From Dipteris shenzhenensis (lineage: Eukaryota), in assembly GCA_047967505.1 (NCBI GenBank), contig CM106538.1: a DNA stretch of 64,000 nt, one strand, 5' to 3'. The notes below the pieces were generated by a model. The model saw nothing but the letters and a program-made list of their open reading frames with translations. It did not search any database and was not told where the DNA came from. Positions 49,939 to 62,473 of the stretch are shown here, in pieces (the stretch's first letter is position 1; each line of letters begins with the position of its first letter). The position numbers and the translations under genes were made by a program.

Positions 49939-51462
49939 GTGGCGAGAGGGCAGTATATGCTGCGGGACAAGGCAAAGCCTAGGTGACATTATTTTTTTTA
50001 TTAGAGGCCATTTCGGGGCCCATTTTGGTGGCGGAAGTTTTCTGCAGGCACTCAAAAAAGTGCCTGTTTTTTGCTATGTGACCACTGTTCCGTAGGTTGG
50101 TGAAAAGTTACCACAGAAATTGCATCGTATGCCTGTGCACAGAGATATTGAGAGTGATAGAATCATTCTTATTGACTGTTGATGCAAAATTGTCACTAGG
50201 AAGTGACTATGTGGTAAAATACCACTTTCATCAGTTTTGCAGATTTGCCCTTGTGAGGCAGAAGTTTTTTTTGCAGTGACAGAATATTTTTTCAGTGTTC
50301 TGTAATGGCGTCTGATGCTCTTTCACAGATAGTCACTGAAAAGCTTGACAAGAATAACTTCCAAGCATGGAAGTTTAGAATGAAGAATTTCCTTATGGGA
50401 AAAGGCTATTGGGAGTTCATTACTAGAGCTGAACAAGAACCAGTTATTCCTAATGTTCCCAATCAACGGGAGGTACAGGCATTTAAAGGCTGGCGTGAGA
50501 GAGCCAGAAAAGTTATGTACTAGCTGTCTATTAGTATTTCAGATTCTATGATTGTGCATATTCAGGATGCAAGCACCCCGAAGGAGGCATGGGATACTTT
50601 GACAAAAATGTATAGCACAAATACGCAAGCCAGGAAAATGTAGCTCAAGCAGGAGTTGCATAATGTGCAAAGAGAAAATATGAGCATCAATGACTACCAC
50701 ATGAAGGTGAAGAAGATTGCAGATCCACTTGCTTCTATTGGGTCACCAGTGGAAGATGATGATTTAGTTTCTGTGACCTTGAATGGTCTAGGAAAGGATT
50801 ATGCAGAATTCCATACATCCATTGCTGTCTGTGAGAATTTTTCTGATTTTGAAGAGTTGATTTCTCTTCTAATTTCTGAAGAGTAGAGAAATGGTGATGC
50901 ATCTTCTTCAAGAGAAACTTCAAAAGAAACTGTCTTCTACTCAAATGCTAGAAGAGGTAGAGGCAGAGGTAGAGCAGGCCGGCAGAAATCAAAATATGCA
51001 ACAAGTTCAAAAAAACCAGTCCTATGGAGTAAGACGTGGTAACTTTGGAGGTAGGGGGAGCCAAAGAGGTCGTGGTGGATGGCAAAGAGGCCAAAATGCA
51101 AATAGCAATGTTGAATGCTACTACTGTGGTAAAATGGGTCATATGGTTAAAGACTGCTATAAAAAGCAGAATGACATCATGACTAAAAAATTGCAACAAG
51201 GCAATTATTCATCCTCTAGTAGACAGGGTGATGACAGAAATGAGCATTTGTTTATGGTGCAGCACATGACCAATTCTATGACAAGTGCAGAAGAAAGCAA
51301 TGATGTGTGGTATGTTGACTCAGGTGCATCAAACCACATGACAGGTCATGCAGCATGGATGTAGGATGCAAGGAAAATGGAAAGACCAGTGATGATACTG
51401 CACATCCTATTGTGCAAATTGGCAAACTCCTTTGTCTATGTAGGATGGGAAAAAGAAATACC

Positions 51463-51576
51463 TGTGGGGGTTAAAATTACTGTGCCTTTACCCCGGTTAT
51501 GTACAATACTCACACACATATATAATTGAATGAAAAAAGAAGATTAGGGTGGTTCTGCACCCACCAAAACTTGTGG

Positions 51577-51627
<51 letters not shown>

Positions 51628-54600
51628 TCTTCCGTTCTTGCTTCCGTTGAGAGCACTCTTAACTGGTATCAGAGCCCGGGTGATCTAGCTGAGCGTGCGT
51701 GAATGCTTGAAGCTCAGTAGCTCTGTGGGAGGAAGGAGAAGCTCTGTGGGAAGCTTTGTGGGTGACTTTACTTACATCCGAGTGTGTAGAGACCTTGGAG
51801 GAACCTTTGGAAAAGTCACTTTGGTTTTGCGAAGTGGTTTTGAGAGCTTGTTAAGTGTTTTTAAAGAAAAAGTCGTTTTTTGAGCTTTTCCCTATTCCGT
51901 TCGATGACAGAGACTCCATATTGACTTGTAGAGGCAACTATTGCTTGCTTTTGGTGTCCACTTCACTTCAGAAGCTTGGAAACACCTTCATTCTTGAATC
52001 TAGGATCATTTCATTGGATTTTTGACTCACTATGTCAGTTCCTACGTTTTTTACCCGGGTGTTGGAACTCAAGTTTGGAGCAACCATTTGCAGATCTGTC
52101 AGTTCCGGTGAACTCAGAAGGTCCTAAAACTTCTATGTTGCTCATCATTCACACCCGGGAGTTTACAAACAGCTATGTTTCCAAAAACGTTTTTTAGTCC
52201 GTGTGTTGGACCCAGTGATTGAGACCACGGTTTCCAAAACCGTCTGTCCCATTGCATTCCGGACGCCCAAAAACCCCTACCTGTCAGTTCTTGCGCGATT
52301 CGGTGGAGGATTTTCAGAGTTATAGATCTCTGTGTATTCGATTTCGTCTCTCTGTTATGCATTTTTCATTCTAAGGTTTTGAAACCTTAGATTTATGCCA
52401 CATGGCAATGGATAAGTGTTGACTCCCATTTCTCACTCATCGGTTGGGATTTTGGAGTTCCGACAGAAGAGAGATATTTGTAGATTTTCTTGCTGAGTCC
52501 GATTATGCAATGGCACCCATGTTTTGAGGCATCTCAGGTTCTATTTTCAGTAGCGGTCATTACCGTGGGACTATGATTTCTTGAGCATACCTTATGCAGA
52601 TCACTCTGGTTGCAGTTTGAGCAGTGTGTGCGCTCATTCGTGGTGTGCATTGGGTTGCACTGGATGATTTATAGGCCGTTTAGATGCATTACGGTCCTTA
52701 TTGGATGTGCTGATAGGCCCAAATTGCCTTGTGGGATGCTATTTTTTATGGACGCTTTGCACATGGATGCTATTTTATGCTGAGGGATAGCTTTGACACA
52801 TTGCAGGTGATGCACTGATAGTGCTATGCTCTATTAGATGAGATATTATTGATGCATATGCCAGTGGACGGTGTTTATGCTTGAGTCATTTGGCACTTAT
52901 TGGCATTTTCTCCAGATTTGCTCATATGGATGCATAGTATATGCACATGAGTCAGATGCATCTTTTGATGCTTTGAGCTTTGAGTTTTGGTGATATTTCA
53001 CTCTATTGTGGCATACACATTTGGGTGCACCTGGTATTTGGTGTGATTCTCTCTTGCAGGCACTAGCATTTGGGATGTTGTTTCATTTGCATCATGGCAT
53101 CCTCTTCCATGTCTGAAAAGGAGTTTTTCAGCATTAAAAGGTTTGATGGGACAAACTTTTCTTTGTGGAAAGAACAAATAAGGGATGTGCTTATTCAAAA
53201 GAAGCAGATTAAACCCTTGGCAGGGATTGAAGCTAAGCCTGCAAATATGTCTGAGGATGATTGGAATGAGTTGGATGCATTAGCAAAGTCTACTATTAGA
53301 CTTCATCTTGCAGAGTCAGTTTATTTCACAGTAGTAAATGAGCAGACTACGGAAGATTTGTGGGAGACACTGTGTGCCTCTTATCAGAAGGAAACTGCCT
53401 CTAATGAAGTTTACCTCATGAAGAGGTTGCTTGAGCTGCAGATGAAGGAAGGGGTCTCCATTGCTTCTCACTTGAATGAATTCAATATTATTTTCAGCCA
53501 GCTTCAGGCTCAGAAAATGAACTTTGATGCAGAGACTAAGGAAATATTTCTCTTATGTTCATTGCAATCCTCATGGGATACCTTCCGTACAGCTGTCAGT
53601 AACTCTGCACCTGGTGGAGTACTGAAATTTGATGATGTTGTGGGTAGCTTGTTGGCCGAGGAGATTAGATGGAAGTCTATGGATGGCAACAAGCAGGATG
53701 CAGCCTTAAATGTGCAAAGGGGCAGATCACAGTTCAGGGGGAAGTCCCAAGAAAGAGGGAAGTCTCGTAGCAAATCCAGGGCACGGAACATTGAGTGTTA
53801 CCATTGTGGCAAGAAGGGCCATATGAAAAAGGATTGCTATAAGCTGAAAAGAGAGCAAAAGGATAAGAAAAAGAATGTAAATTGGGGTGCAAATCAAAAG
53901 GAAGAGAGTCCAAGGGAGGACAAAGGAAAAGTGAAGATTAAGGAGATCAATGTAGTCACACATGATAGTGACAATGACGTTCTCTTCATGTCTAGTTTAT
54001 CTGCAGAGTTGCTCACCACTTCAGATGATGCATATTCCCAGGATTGGATTTTGGATTCTGGTGCTTCATTCCATGTTACTCCCCATAGGGAATGGTTCTC
54101 CACTTATGACAGTGGAAAGACAGGTTGTGTGCATCTTGGAAATGACTATGCATGTGACATACTGGGAGCAGGTGACATAAAGTTTTCTTTTGCAAATGGG
54201 TCTGCATTTGTTTTGAAACATGTGAGACATGTGCCTAAGCTGACCAAGAGTCTTATTTCAGTGGGTCAGCTAGATGATGCTGGTTTTCACACCACTTTTG
54301 GCTTTCAGAGTTGGAAAATTCAGAAGGGCTCTATGCTTTTGGCCAGGGGTGCCAAGTGTGGGACTTTGTATCCCTTACATGTATTAGGGGTATCTGATCA
54401 TGTTGTTGCAATAACCGAGCAGCCAAGCACTTCTTTGTGGCATTGCAGGTTGGGGCACATGAGCCAGAATGGAATGAAACTCTTATGCCGTTTGGGTTAT
54501 GTACCGCATTTGAGTTTCTCTGATTTTGAATTTTGTGAGCATTGTCTCTATGGGAAGCAGACTAAATCAGCCCATAAAAGAAGGGGAAAGAAAGAGTTTG

Positions 54601-57390
54601 AAAAGCTTGATTTGGTGCATTCAGACGTATGTGGTCCCATGCCTACACGGTCATTAGGCAGGGCTGAATACTATGTGACATTCATTGATGATGCAACTAG
54701 GAAAGTGTGGGCTTATGCTATAGCTCGGAAGAGTGATGTGTTCTAGGTATTTCAAAAATGGCTGGCCTTGGTTGAGAATCAGTCAGGTAGAACGCTTAAA
54801 TGCCTACGGACTGACAATGGTGGAGAGTATCTCTCTCATGACTTTCAGCATTTCTGTGATACACGTGGGATTAAGAGGGAGCTCACATCACCTCGTACTC
54901 CAGAGCAAAATCCAAATGCAGAAAAAATGAACCGTACCATTCAAGAAAAGTTGCACTGCATGCTTTCCAATGCAAGTCTTTCTAGTGGTTTTTAGGCTAA
55001 GGCAATGAAGACTACAGTGCATGTGATCAATAGATCACCTAGTAAGAGTTTGGATGGTGGTATTCCTGAAGAGGCATGGAGTGGCAAGAAGCCCTCTTAC
55101 TCTCATTTGCATATATTTGGGTGTGAGTCATATACACATGTGCCAAAAGAGCTTCGAAAGAAGCTAGATCCTAAGTCTAGGAAATGCATCTTTCTGGGTT
55201 ATGGTGAAAGTGGAGAGATGGGCTATCATCTCTAGGATCTAGAAGCAAAGAAGATCATACGCATCCATGATGTGGTCTTCAATGAGAAGAAGATGCATAA
55301 GGCACCCATGAGGGATGTGGAAATGACCTGCATATGTTGATACTCAGCAAGCTGTCCATGCACCAAATGTGCAAGAAATGGTACCACCAAGTACTCCCAC
55401 AGGTATACAATCAAGGGTAGATGATGGATCATCTATTGGTGGAAATGATAAGCCAAATGTGGCTGATATGCAGGTGGGACAGCAAGCTGAAATGCCCTTG
55501 AGAAGATCTTCTAGAGTGTCTAGACCGCCTGATAAGTTTATTCCAAGGGTAGACTACGTGATGCTTACTGATTGCGGGGAGCCTTATTGCTACAGAGAGG
55601 CTATGATGCGTGAGGATCAACGCAAGTGGGAGTATGCTATGCAATCAAAGATGAGTTCACTTATGAAGAATAAGACTCGGGACTTGGTTTCTTTGCTACA
55701 TGGAAAGAAAGCATTGCCATGTAAATGGGTCTACAAAATGAAGGTCACAGGTGATGATGTGCCTAGGTACAAGGCCCGTTTGGTTGCTAAAGGGTTCCAG
55801 TAAGAGAAGGGTGTGAAATTTGATGAGATATTCTCTCCGGTTGTGAAGATGACCACACTTAGATGCATGCTTGGACTAATGGCAGTAGAGGATATGGAGC
55901 TTATGTAGATGGATGTCAAGACAGCTTTCTTGCATGGGGATTTGCATGAGGAAATTTACATGGTGCAGCCGGAAGGCTTTGAAGAAAAGGGCAAAGAGCA
56001 TTTAGTTTGCAAGCTGAAGAAGAGTCTCTATGGTCTTAAGCAAGTGCATAGAGAATGGTATCAGAAGTTTGATGCTTTCATTCAGTCCTAGGGTTTTAGA
56101 AGGAGTGAAATTGATCAGTGCCTCTACACTAAAAGGGCTAAGGATAATAGCCTGATAATCTTGGCACTATATGTGGATGATATGCTATTGGCTAGCAAGA
56201 ATACTTATGAGCTAGATGTATTAAAGGCCAAGTTGCATGAGATTTGGGATTTGCAGGTCATATTCTTGGTATGCGCATCACGCATGATCGGAGTAGGAAA
56301 CTCCTTTGGCTTTCACAAAAAGAGTATGTTACAAAAGTATTGCAGCGTTTCAATATGGAGGGGGGGAAGGCAGTGAGTACTCCATTACCTCCATATGTGA
56401 AACTGAGTCATACAGATAGTCCCAAATTAGATGAGGAGAGGGCCATGATGGCCAAGGTTCCTTATGCATCAGCAGTTGGGAGTCTTATGTATGCTATGAT
56501 AGCTACTAGACCAGACATTGCATTTGCAGTGGGAGTTGTTAGCCGATATATGGCTAATCTAGGAAAGAGGAATTGGGAGGCAGTTAAGTGCATCATGAGG
56601 TACATGAAGGGTACCAAGGAGATGTGCATCTGCTTTGGTAGAGGAGACATGCGTGTACTTGGGTACACAGATTCAGACTATGTAGGGCATGTGGATAGTA
56701 GGAGATCCACTTCTGGTTATGTGTTCATCTTTGCAGGTGGTGCAGTGTCGTGGATGTCTCGCGCATAGAAGTGCATTGCTTTGTCTACCACAGAGGCTAA
56801 GTATGTTGCAGCCACAGAGGGTTGCAAGGAGGCTATATGGCTTGATCGGCTAGTGGGAGATTTGGGGATTCATACAGATGTACCGACATTGCATAGTGAT
56901 TCCATGAGTGCTATTCAGTTAGCACGGAATCCGGTCTTTCATGCAAAGACCAAACACATTGAGGTCAGGTACCATTTCATCAAGGAGGTACTTGAGGTAC
57001 TTGAGGTCAGGTACCATTTCATCAAGGAGGTACTTGAGGACAAGCGCACAGAGCTTGTCAAGGTTTATACAGATGATAACCCTGCAGATATGCTGATGAA
57101 GAGTCTACCTAGTCAGCGGTTTGAGTATTGTCGTGTGTTGATGGGCATTGGATAGTATGCCCACTGGTTGTTCTCCCTTAAAGGCACATTTTCCGTTAAG
57201 TGGGAGGTTGTGGGGGTTAAAGGTCACTGTGCCTTTACCCTGGTTATGTACAATACTCAAACACATATATAAATGAATGAAAAAAGAAGATTAGGGTGGT
57301 TCTACACCCACCAAAACTTGTGGCTCTCTGTCTCTGTCTCTCTCTCTCTCTCTCCTTCTTCCGTTCTTGCTTCTGTTGAGAGCACTCTTA
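51463..57390 (+). mobile_element. Element J: full-length decayed Tnt1/Tork-like Copia (LTRs 51463-51661, 57209-57390), TSD ATACC
   Basis: ATACC at 51458-51462 and 57391-57395; PBS TGGTATCAGAGC at 51664; (CT)n in both LTRs. Confidence 0.95.
53094..57155 (+). pseudogene. Copia J gag-pol; gag-PR-IN N-terminus open to 54746, then several stops and frameshifts
   Basis: FDGTNFSLWK, CYHCGKKGHMKKDC, WILDSGASFH, VHSDVCGP, LYVDDML. Confidence 0.93.
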
Positions 57391-59487
57391 ATACCTGTCT
57401 GAAGTATTTCATGTCCCGAATGTCACCAAGAACATGGTTTCTATTGGTCAAATGGTTGATCAGGGCTTGCAAGTCAGATTTAATCCTCATGGATGCTTTG
57501 TTGAGGATATGAAAAATAAAGGTCGCTTGATAGCAAAAGGGAAGAAGAAGGGCAAGATGTTTACATTGGATGTGGACATGCCTAAATTGAGTGCAGCAAT
57601 GTTTGCACATGGGACTGGTGTAGTTGCAGATATTGATATCTGGAATAAATGCATTGATCATGTTAATGTACAATGACTTAAATTAATGCAAGCCCAAAAT
57701 ATTGTTGTAGGATTGCCTAAGTTCAAGGTTGCAGAAATGCATAAGGTATGTGAAGCCTGTCAATTTGGAAAACAGGCAAGGAAACCATTTCCTAGACATG
57801 TTCAAGAGAGTAAGAGGCCATTGGAATTAATCCACTCTGATGTGTGGACTACTAAAGCTGCATCTATTGGAGGCTATCATTATTTTGTCACTTTTATTGA
57901 TGACTACAACAAAAAATTTTGGGTGTAACTTATGAAAAAGAAAAGTGTAGTGTTTGGGCATTTCAAAGATTTTAAAGCTACGGTTGAGGAAGAAAGAGAC
58001 CTGCAAATAAAATGCCTAAGGTCAGATGGAGGGGAAGAGTACCTTTCAAATGAGTTTGCAAGGTTCCTATAGGAGCATGGCATAAAGCAACAATATTCAT
58101 GCAGTCATACCCCACATCAAAATGGACTTGCTGAAAGGAAAAACAGGCATATTGGAGAGGTATCTCATGCCATGCTCAACGAAAAAAACCTACCATATTA
58201 TTATTGGGACGAAGCAGTTGCTACAGCAGTCTACATAATGAACAGGACTCCCACTAAGAGGTATACTGGTAGGAAACTAGATATTTCTCATTTGAAAGTT
58301 TTTTGTTGCATTGCCTATGTTCATGTGCCAAATGAGTTGAGATCCAAGTTGGATCCAAAAGCTGAGAAGTGCATCTTTATTGGTTATTCTCTGCAATAGA
58401 AAGGGTATAGATGTTATAACCCTTCTACTCATAAGTTTATAGTAAGCAGAGATGTTTTTGATGAGATGAGCAACTGGTATAAACTAGTAAATGTGATTGA
58501 TGATGTAGATGCACAAAATGGTAATGCTACACAGAATTCACAGTAGCAATCACAAAATATTAGTGGACCTGTAGTGTCCTCTAGCAGTGGTTCACATACT
58601 TCGCCATTGAGAGGCAGATTGAGATCAAGAGGATCTTCTCAAAGCAATGTAGATAGTGGTATGCAAGTATCACAAAAAGGAAAGGAGAAAGTAAATCAGC
58701 CCATGTTTGATGTGAATGCAGGTCACTCTTATGTGGATGGTGAATCTAGTGGCTCAGGATAGAGCCTTGATGATGAGTTGGGTGTTCCTTCTATTATTAC
58801 ACCTGGAGTAAGGAAGACAAGGGATGTTTTGAGAGCACCTGGTAGTGAGCCTATTTTGTGCAGGTCTACCAGAGTTAAGTATCCTATGGATATGCTGAAA
58901 TATGATGGATTTATAACCATTCACTATGCCTATATGGTCAAAGTGGTACATGAACCAGAACCCACTTCTTTTGAGCAAGCCATGGGAAAAGAAAAATGGG
59001 AGAAAGCCATGGATGAAGAAATGGATACCTTGGAAGCAAATGCTACATGGGAATTGGTGCCTTTGCCTAAAGACAAGAATGCAATTGGCTGCAAGTGGGT
59101 TTACAAGGTGAAGCACAATACAGATGGTTCTGTGAATAGATACAAGGCAAGATTAGTTGTCAAGGGGTATGCACAGACATATGGCATTGATTATGAAGAA
59201 ACATTTAGTCCGGTTTGAGATGAAGGATTTGGGATTGCTGCATTACTTCTTGGGCATTGAGGCAGTATGGATTGGACATGCTGTCCAAATATGGGATGAT
59301 AGGGTGTAAGCCTATTTCAATTCCTTTGGAGCAGAATGTGAAGTTGAGCACAGATGCAGGTGAGCTTCTGAAGACCCTACTATGTACAAATGCATAGTAG
59401 GAAGTTTGATTTATAGGACTATTACTAGGCCAAATTTGAGCTATGCTACTGGGTTGGTAAGTTAGTTTATGTAGGCTCCAAGGAAAC

Positions 59488-59733
59488 CTCAGGGGGGTCA
59501 CTATGTATAAATCCTCTATATCACGTGCGTTCAAGGCCTAGTTGTAAAATTCCTTATATTTAAAAAATTTCTTAATAAAAAGTACCCTTTTTCTAAACAA
59601 ATCTGTAATATTTTTCCAAAATTACTTTTAAAATTCCCTTATGTAGATTAATTTTTGTAAAATTTTGTAATTAAAAATAACCTTCTGTTGAACTCACGTG
59701 ATAGGGTTACATATGATGAGTGACCCCCCCGAG
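59488..59733. mobile_element. 246-bp MITE inserted in Copia G RT; 8-bp TSD AAGGAAAC/AAGGAAAG
   Basis: TIRs CTCAGGGGGGTCACT / AGTGACCCCCCCGAG; inner inverted TATCACGTG.GTTCAA; AT-rich core; removal restores ...PRKLHLDA. Confidence 0.85.
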
Positions 59734-60283
59734 AAGGAAAGTGCATTTGGATGCGACTAGACGTATACTGAGGTATGTGAAGTCCACATTGTAGTATGGA
59801 CTATTTTATGAGATGGGGGTTCAGATACACTTGCATGGATACACTGATGTTGATTGGGCTGGTAGTATTTCTGATAGACAATTTACTAGTGGATATGTGT
59901 TCTCTTTTGGGAGTGCTGCAGTCACTTGGAGCAGCAAGAAACAACCTACAGTTGCCTTGTCGAGCACAAAGGCTGAGTACAGGGGTGTAGCAATGGCTGC
60001 ATGTGAGGTAGCTTGGTTGCGTAAGCTACTTTATGATATGCATCAGTCTATAGATGGGCCAGTTGTCATTTATTGTGACAACATGAGCAGTATACACTTG
60101 GCAAATAACCCAATCTATCATGCTAGAACAAAGCACATTGAGGTGCGTTATCACTATGTGCGGGAGAAGGTTCTAGTTGGTCTTATTGATCTAGTTTATG
60201 TCAGCATAGAGGACCAGGTAGCTGACATATTCACAAAGGCATTGGGTGCAAAGAAGCTGCACAAGTTTAGAGACTTGCTTGGT

Positions 60284-62473
60284 TAACCGTCAAGGCATGG
60301 ATGGGGTACTAAGATGGGCCATTGATGTAGATGAAGTACCTAAGGTATTGAAGCATTATCATGATGGATTTTGTGGAGGCCACTATGCTAGTGACTATAC
60401 AGCTAAGAGGTACTATTGGCCGACCTTGTTCAAGGATGTCACTATGTATTGCAAAACTTGTGAACCATGCGAATTCTTTGGTAGGAATGATTTGCATCTT
60501 GGGCAACATCACGCAGTGATGTCCATCCATCCGTTTTAGAAGTGGGGAATAGATTTTGTCGGGCCCCTGCCCATGACTGCCTGCAAAAAGAGGTATCTTT
60601 TGGTAGTCACTCAGTATGTCACTAAGTGGGCTGAATCTATTGTCCTCCCCGCTGTGAATGGTAAGTCAGTTTCAAATTTCATATTTGAACGTATCTACAT
60701 AAGGTTTGGGACACCCATGGATATAGTATCTGACCATGGGAGTCCATTCTTAAATGAAGCAATGGAATTGCTCATGGATTGCATGGGTATTGATCATCGC
60801 ACTTCTAGCATCTATTATCCAGCAGCCATGGGACAAATGGAGCGGACCAATGGCCTCCTTTGTAAATCCATGGGAAAAATGGCCACAGGGTACAGGAGCT
60901 AGTGGGATCAGAAGGTCACTGAAGCCATGTGGGCTTACAACATCATGCATAAAATGTCTACAGGTCACACTCCTTTTGAGTTGGTTTATGGTACTGAGAT
61001 AGTTTTACCACTAGAGATAGAGATTTCGGCCTTGAGATTGGCACAAGAACAGAGGATGACAAAAGATGAACATGTAGAGGCTAGGTTGGTACAACTTGAG
61101 AAGTTAGATGAAACCCGATGCCTTGCACTACATCAAAGAGAGATCCAAAAGAATCAACAAAAGGCCCACTTGGATGCTAAGATTCGCAAGGGATGGGAAA
61201 GACACTTTGCTGAGGGGGATGTTGTGCTATGCTTTGACAACAGATTAGCCCACCAAATGCATAAAAAGCTCCTTCCACTGTGGACTGGTCCATACAAAGT
61301 CATCAAGGAATGTAGCAATGGGTCTGTACAAGTATAGGAGCTGCATGAGCCATATGGCAAGAAGGTGATAACAAGCATTATCTCAAGCCCTTCTTTGTGC
61401 ATGATGGTCCCAGGCATGGAAATGTTGTGCATTCCCTGCCTGGGGGGGGGGCTTGTTATGGATAAATTTGACCAAGGTAAAAGGCATAAATATATGTGTG
61501 TGTGCTTGTATGTGTGGCAATAGTATAATAAAATATGGTGTGCATAGGGTGCAAGGTTGAGGTGGCAGGGCATGACCATGTGCCACCCTTCCACGTAAGA
61601 GGACCCATAAGGTGTGTTGTACATAATCCATGGTAGTAATATTATAAAATGTGAAGGTGGCATGGTTCCTCCATGTGCCACCCCTCCACCTAGGTGGTCC
61701 CATGCTTGCATTTAGTGAGACATGGCCTAAGGACCATAAAATAGGTGGAGATGGGATATTATATTGGATTCCCTCCATGTAGGATAGGTCCATGTGGGAG
61801 GGGGGTGTAGATAGTCCAAGAATGCAAGTTAAATAATGGGAAAAGTAGGATGAGGTGGCAAGATTCCTTGTTCCAACCCTCCACTTTTCCTCCTAGATGT
61901 TTGAACGTATTATAAAATTGGTAAGAGACCAAGGGAGTATATTAGACTTGGGATATGGGGTTTGATTTATGTGGAAAAATGAGGCAAAGGGTTGTCACAC
62001 ACAATTGAGAGTGCATACCCACCTAGCCCACATGGGAGATTCCTTCCCACACACCATGCATGTGGGAGAATGCATTTATCGAGAGAGACCCCCTCTCTTG
62101 GCTCTATAAAAGGAGGGGGATATTCCTTGATGTGACACGCTCATTCTTGTAAAGCCACCTAGCTAGTATTTTGATTTTCCCCCATCTTTCCCTTCAAATA
62201 AAGCATGACCCTCTTCCCTTGATGTCTCCATCTCTACATTCCGCCTCCCATCATGTACATCCTCTTTGCCCTCTCCCTTGCCCCTTGTGCCACAGTCTCC
62301 CTCTGCATTCCCACCCCTCTTAATCCCTTTTTCCAACCCATGTTAACGCTTCTCCCCTCATGTTTCCTTTTCCTCTATGGACCTTGAGCGTCACCATGCC
62401 TAGCATCTAGCCTCATGCTTTGATTTCTTTTCTAGTTAATAACACACACACACGTGCGCTTGTGCATACATAT
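60284..62473 (+). mobile_element. Displaced 3' part of Gypsy F: integrase (60284-~61400), PPT and 3' LTR from ~61454, interrupted at 62473
   Basis: HDGFCGGH...CEPC, WGIDFVGP, VSDHGSPF, WTGPYKV; G-run followed by TGTTATG. Confidence 0.85.

Larger units (their letters stand above)
49404..60283 (+). mobile_element. Element G: decayed Ty1/Copia related to D (5' LTR 49404-49764, duplicate at 46680-47040; gag from 50305; pol to 60283); its 3' LTR lies inverted at 20069-20426
   Basis: PBS-Met at 49765; MASDALSQIVTEKLDKNNFQAW; IN, RT and RH fragments 57391-60283 with an RT deletion at ~59215. Confidence 0.92.
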
